Assembly (NCBI GenBank): GCA_035084275.1 | Contig: CM068769.1 | Location: 558,001 to 622,000, forward strand | DNA from: Hydrolagus colliei | Taxonomy: Eukaryota | Length of the DNA: 64,000 bases | Reading direction: 5' to 3' | Part shown: piece after piece, positions 63,816 through 64,000 of the stretch | Layout of the letters: each line of letters opens with the position of its first letter | Position numbering within the stretch: position 1 is the stretch's first letter | The notes under the pieces: model-generated | What the model was told of the DNA's origin: nothing | Database searches by the model: none | The model's input: the letters and a program-made list of their open reading frames with translations, nothing else | Translations under genes and position numbers: made by a program

Positions 63816-64000
63816 CTGGGAAACACAAACACATCAGCGTTTAATGCAATAATAACATAAACATACTTGTGTTTGATATAGCATCGTACAGAGTGATCGT
63901 GCCATCTCCAAGCGTTTCACTGACTATATATTGACTCCATTTTGTGGGTGAAAGCGGCAGGCAGTTGAGTGCATCTTTCCAGCACAAACAGTCATGGAAT

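Noticed and set aside
1-64000. IgH-type V segments (TAILV-like), constant exons, TCR J array, CRISPR-like arrays
   Set aside because: No WVRQ..GKGLEW-type VH, no C-domain exon, no FGxG J cluster and no repeat-spacer array were seen. The window lies within the V array.

Overview
Vertebrate genomic DNA, almost certainly from a cartilaginous fish (species not determinable from sequence). It is part of the V-gene array of a T-cell receptor alpha/delta locus, with all segments on the minus strand. I find 15 V exons. Thirteen are conventional TCR alpha/delta-type V segments: 5 look intact and 8 are damaged. All carry an RSS with a 22-23 bp spacer except two 3'-truncated ones. The other two belong to a complete NAR-TCR-type cassette at 27.5-32.0 kb: leader + IgNAR-like V (22-RSS), a 12/12 D, a 23-RSS J, then a leaderless supporting V-delta. 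The two V domains carry the non-canonical FR1 and CDR1 cysteines. The D, J and all leader exons are absent from the ORF track and were read by hand. NAR-TCR is a described system; what may be new is this copy and its recombination context. Inserts: a very young class I endogenous retrovirus (566-bp LTRs with 1 mismatch, CACC TSD, tRNA-Ser PBS) that lacks protease/RT but keeps an intact integrase ORF and a twice-broken env; a GPR139/142-like GPCR pseudogene cut by a near full-length L2 LINE; a nested CR1 > TIR element > RTE-like fragment; many tRNA-derived SINEs, L2/CR1 fragments and simple repeats; and a 322-N gap. Coordinates were counted by hand, and repeat boundaries are approximate.
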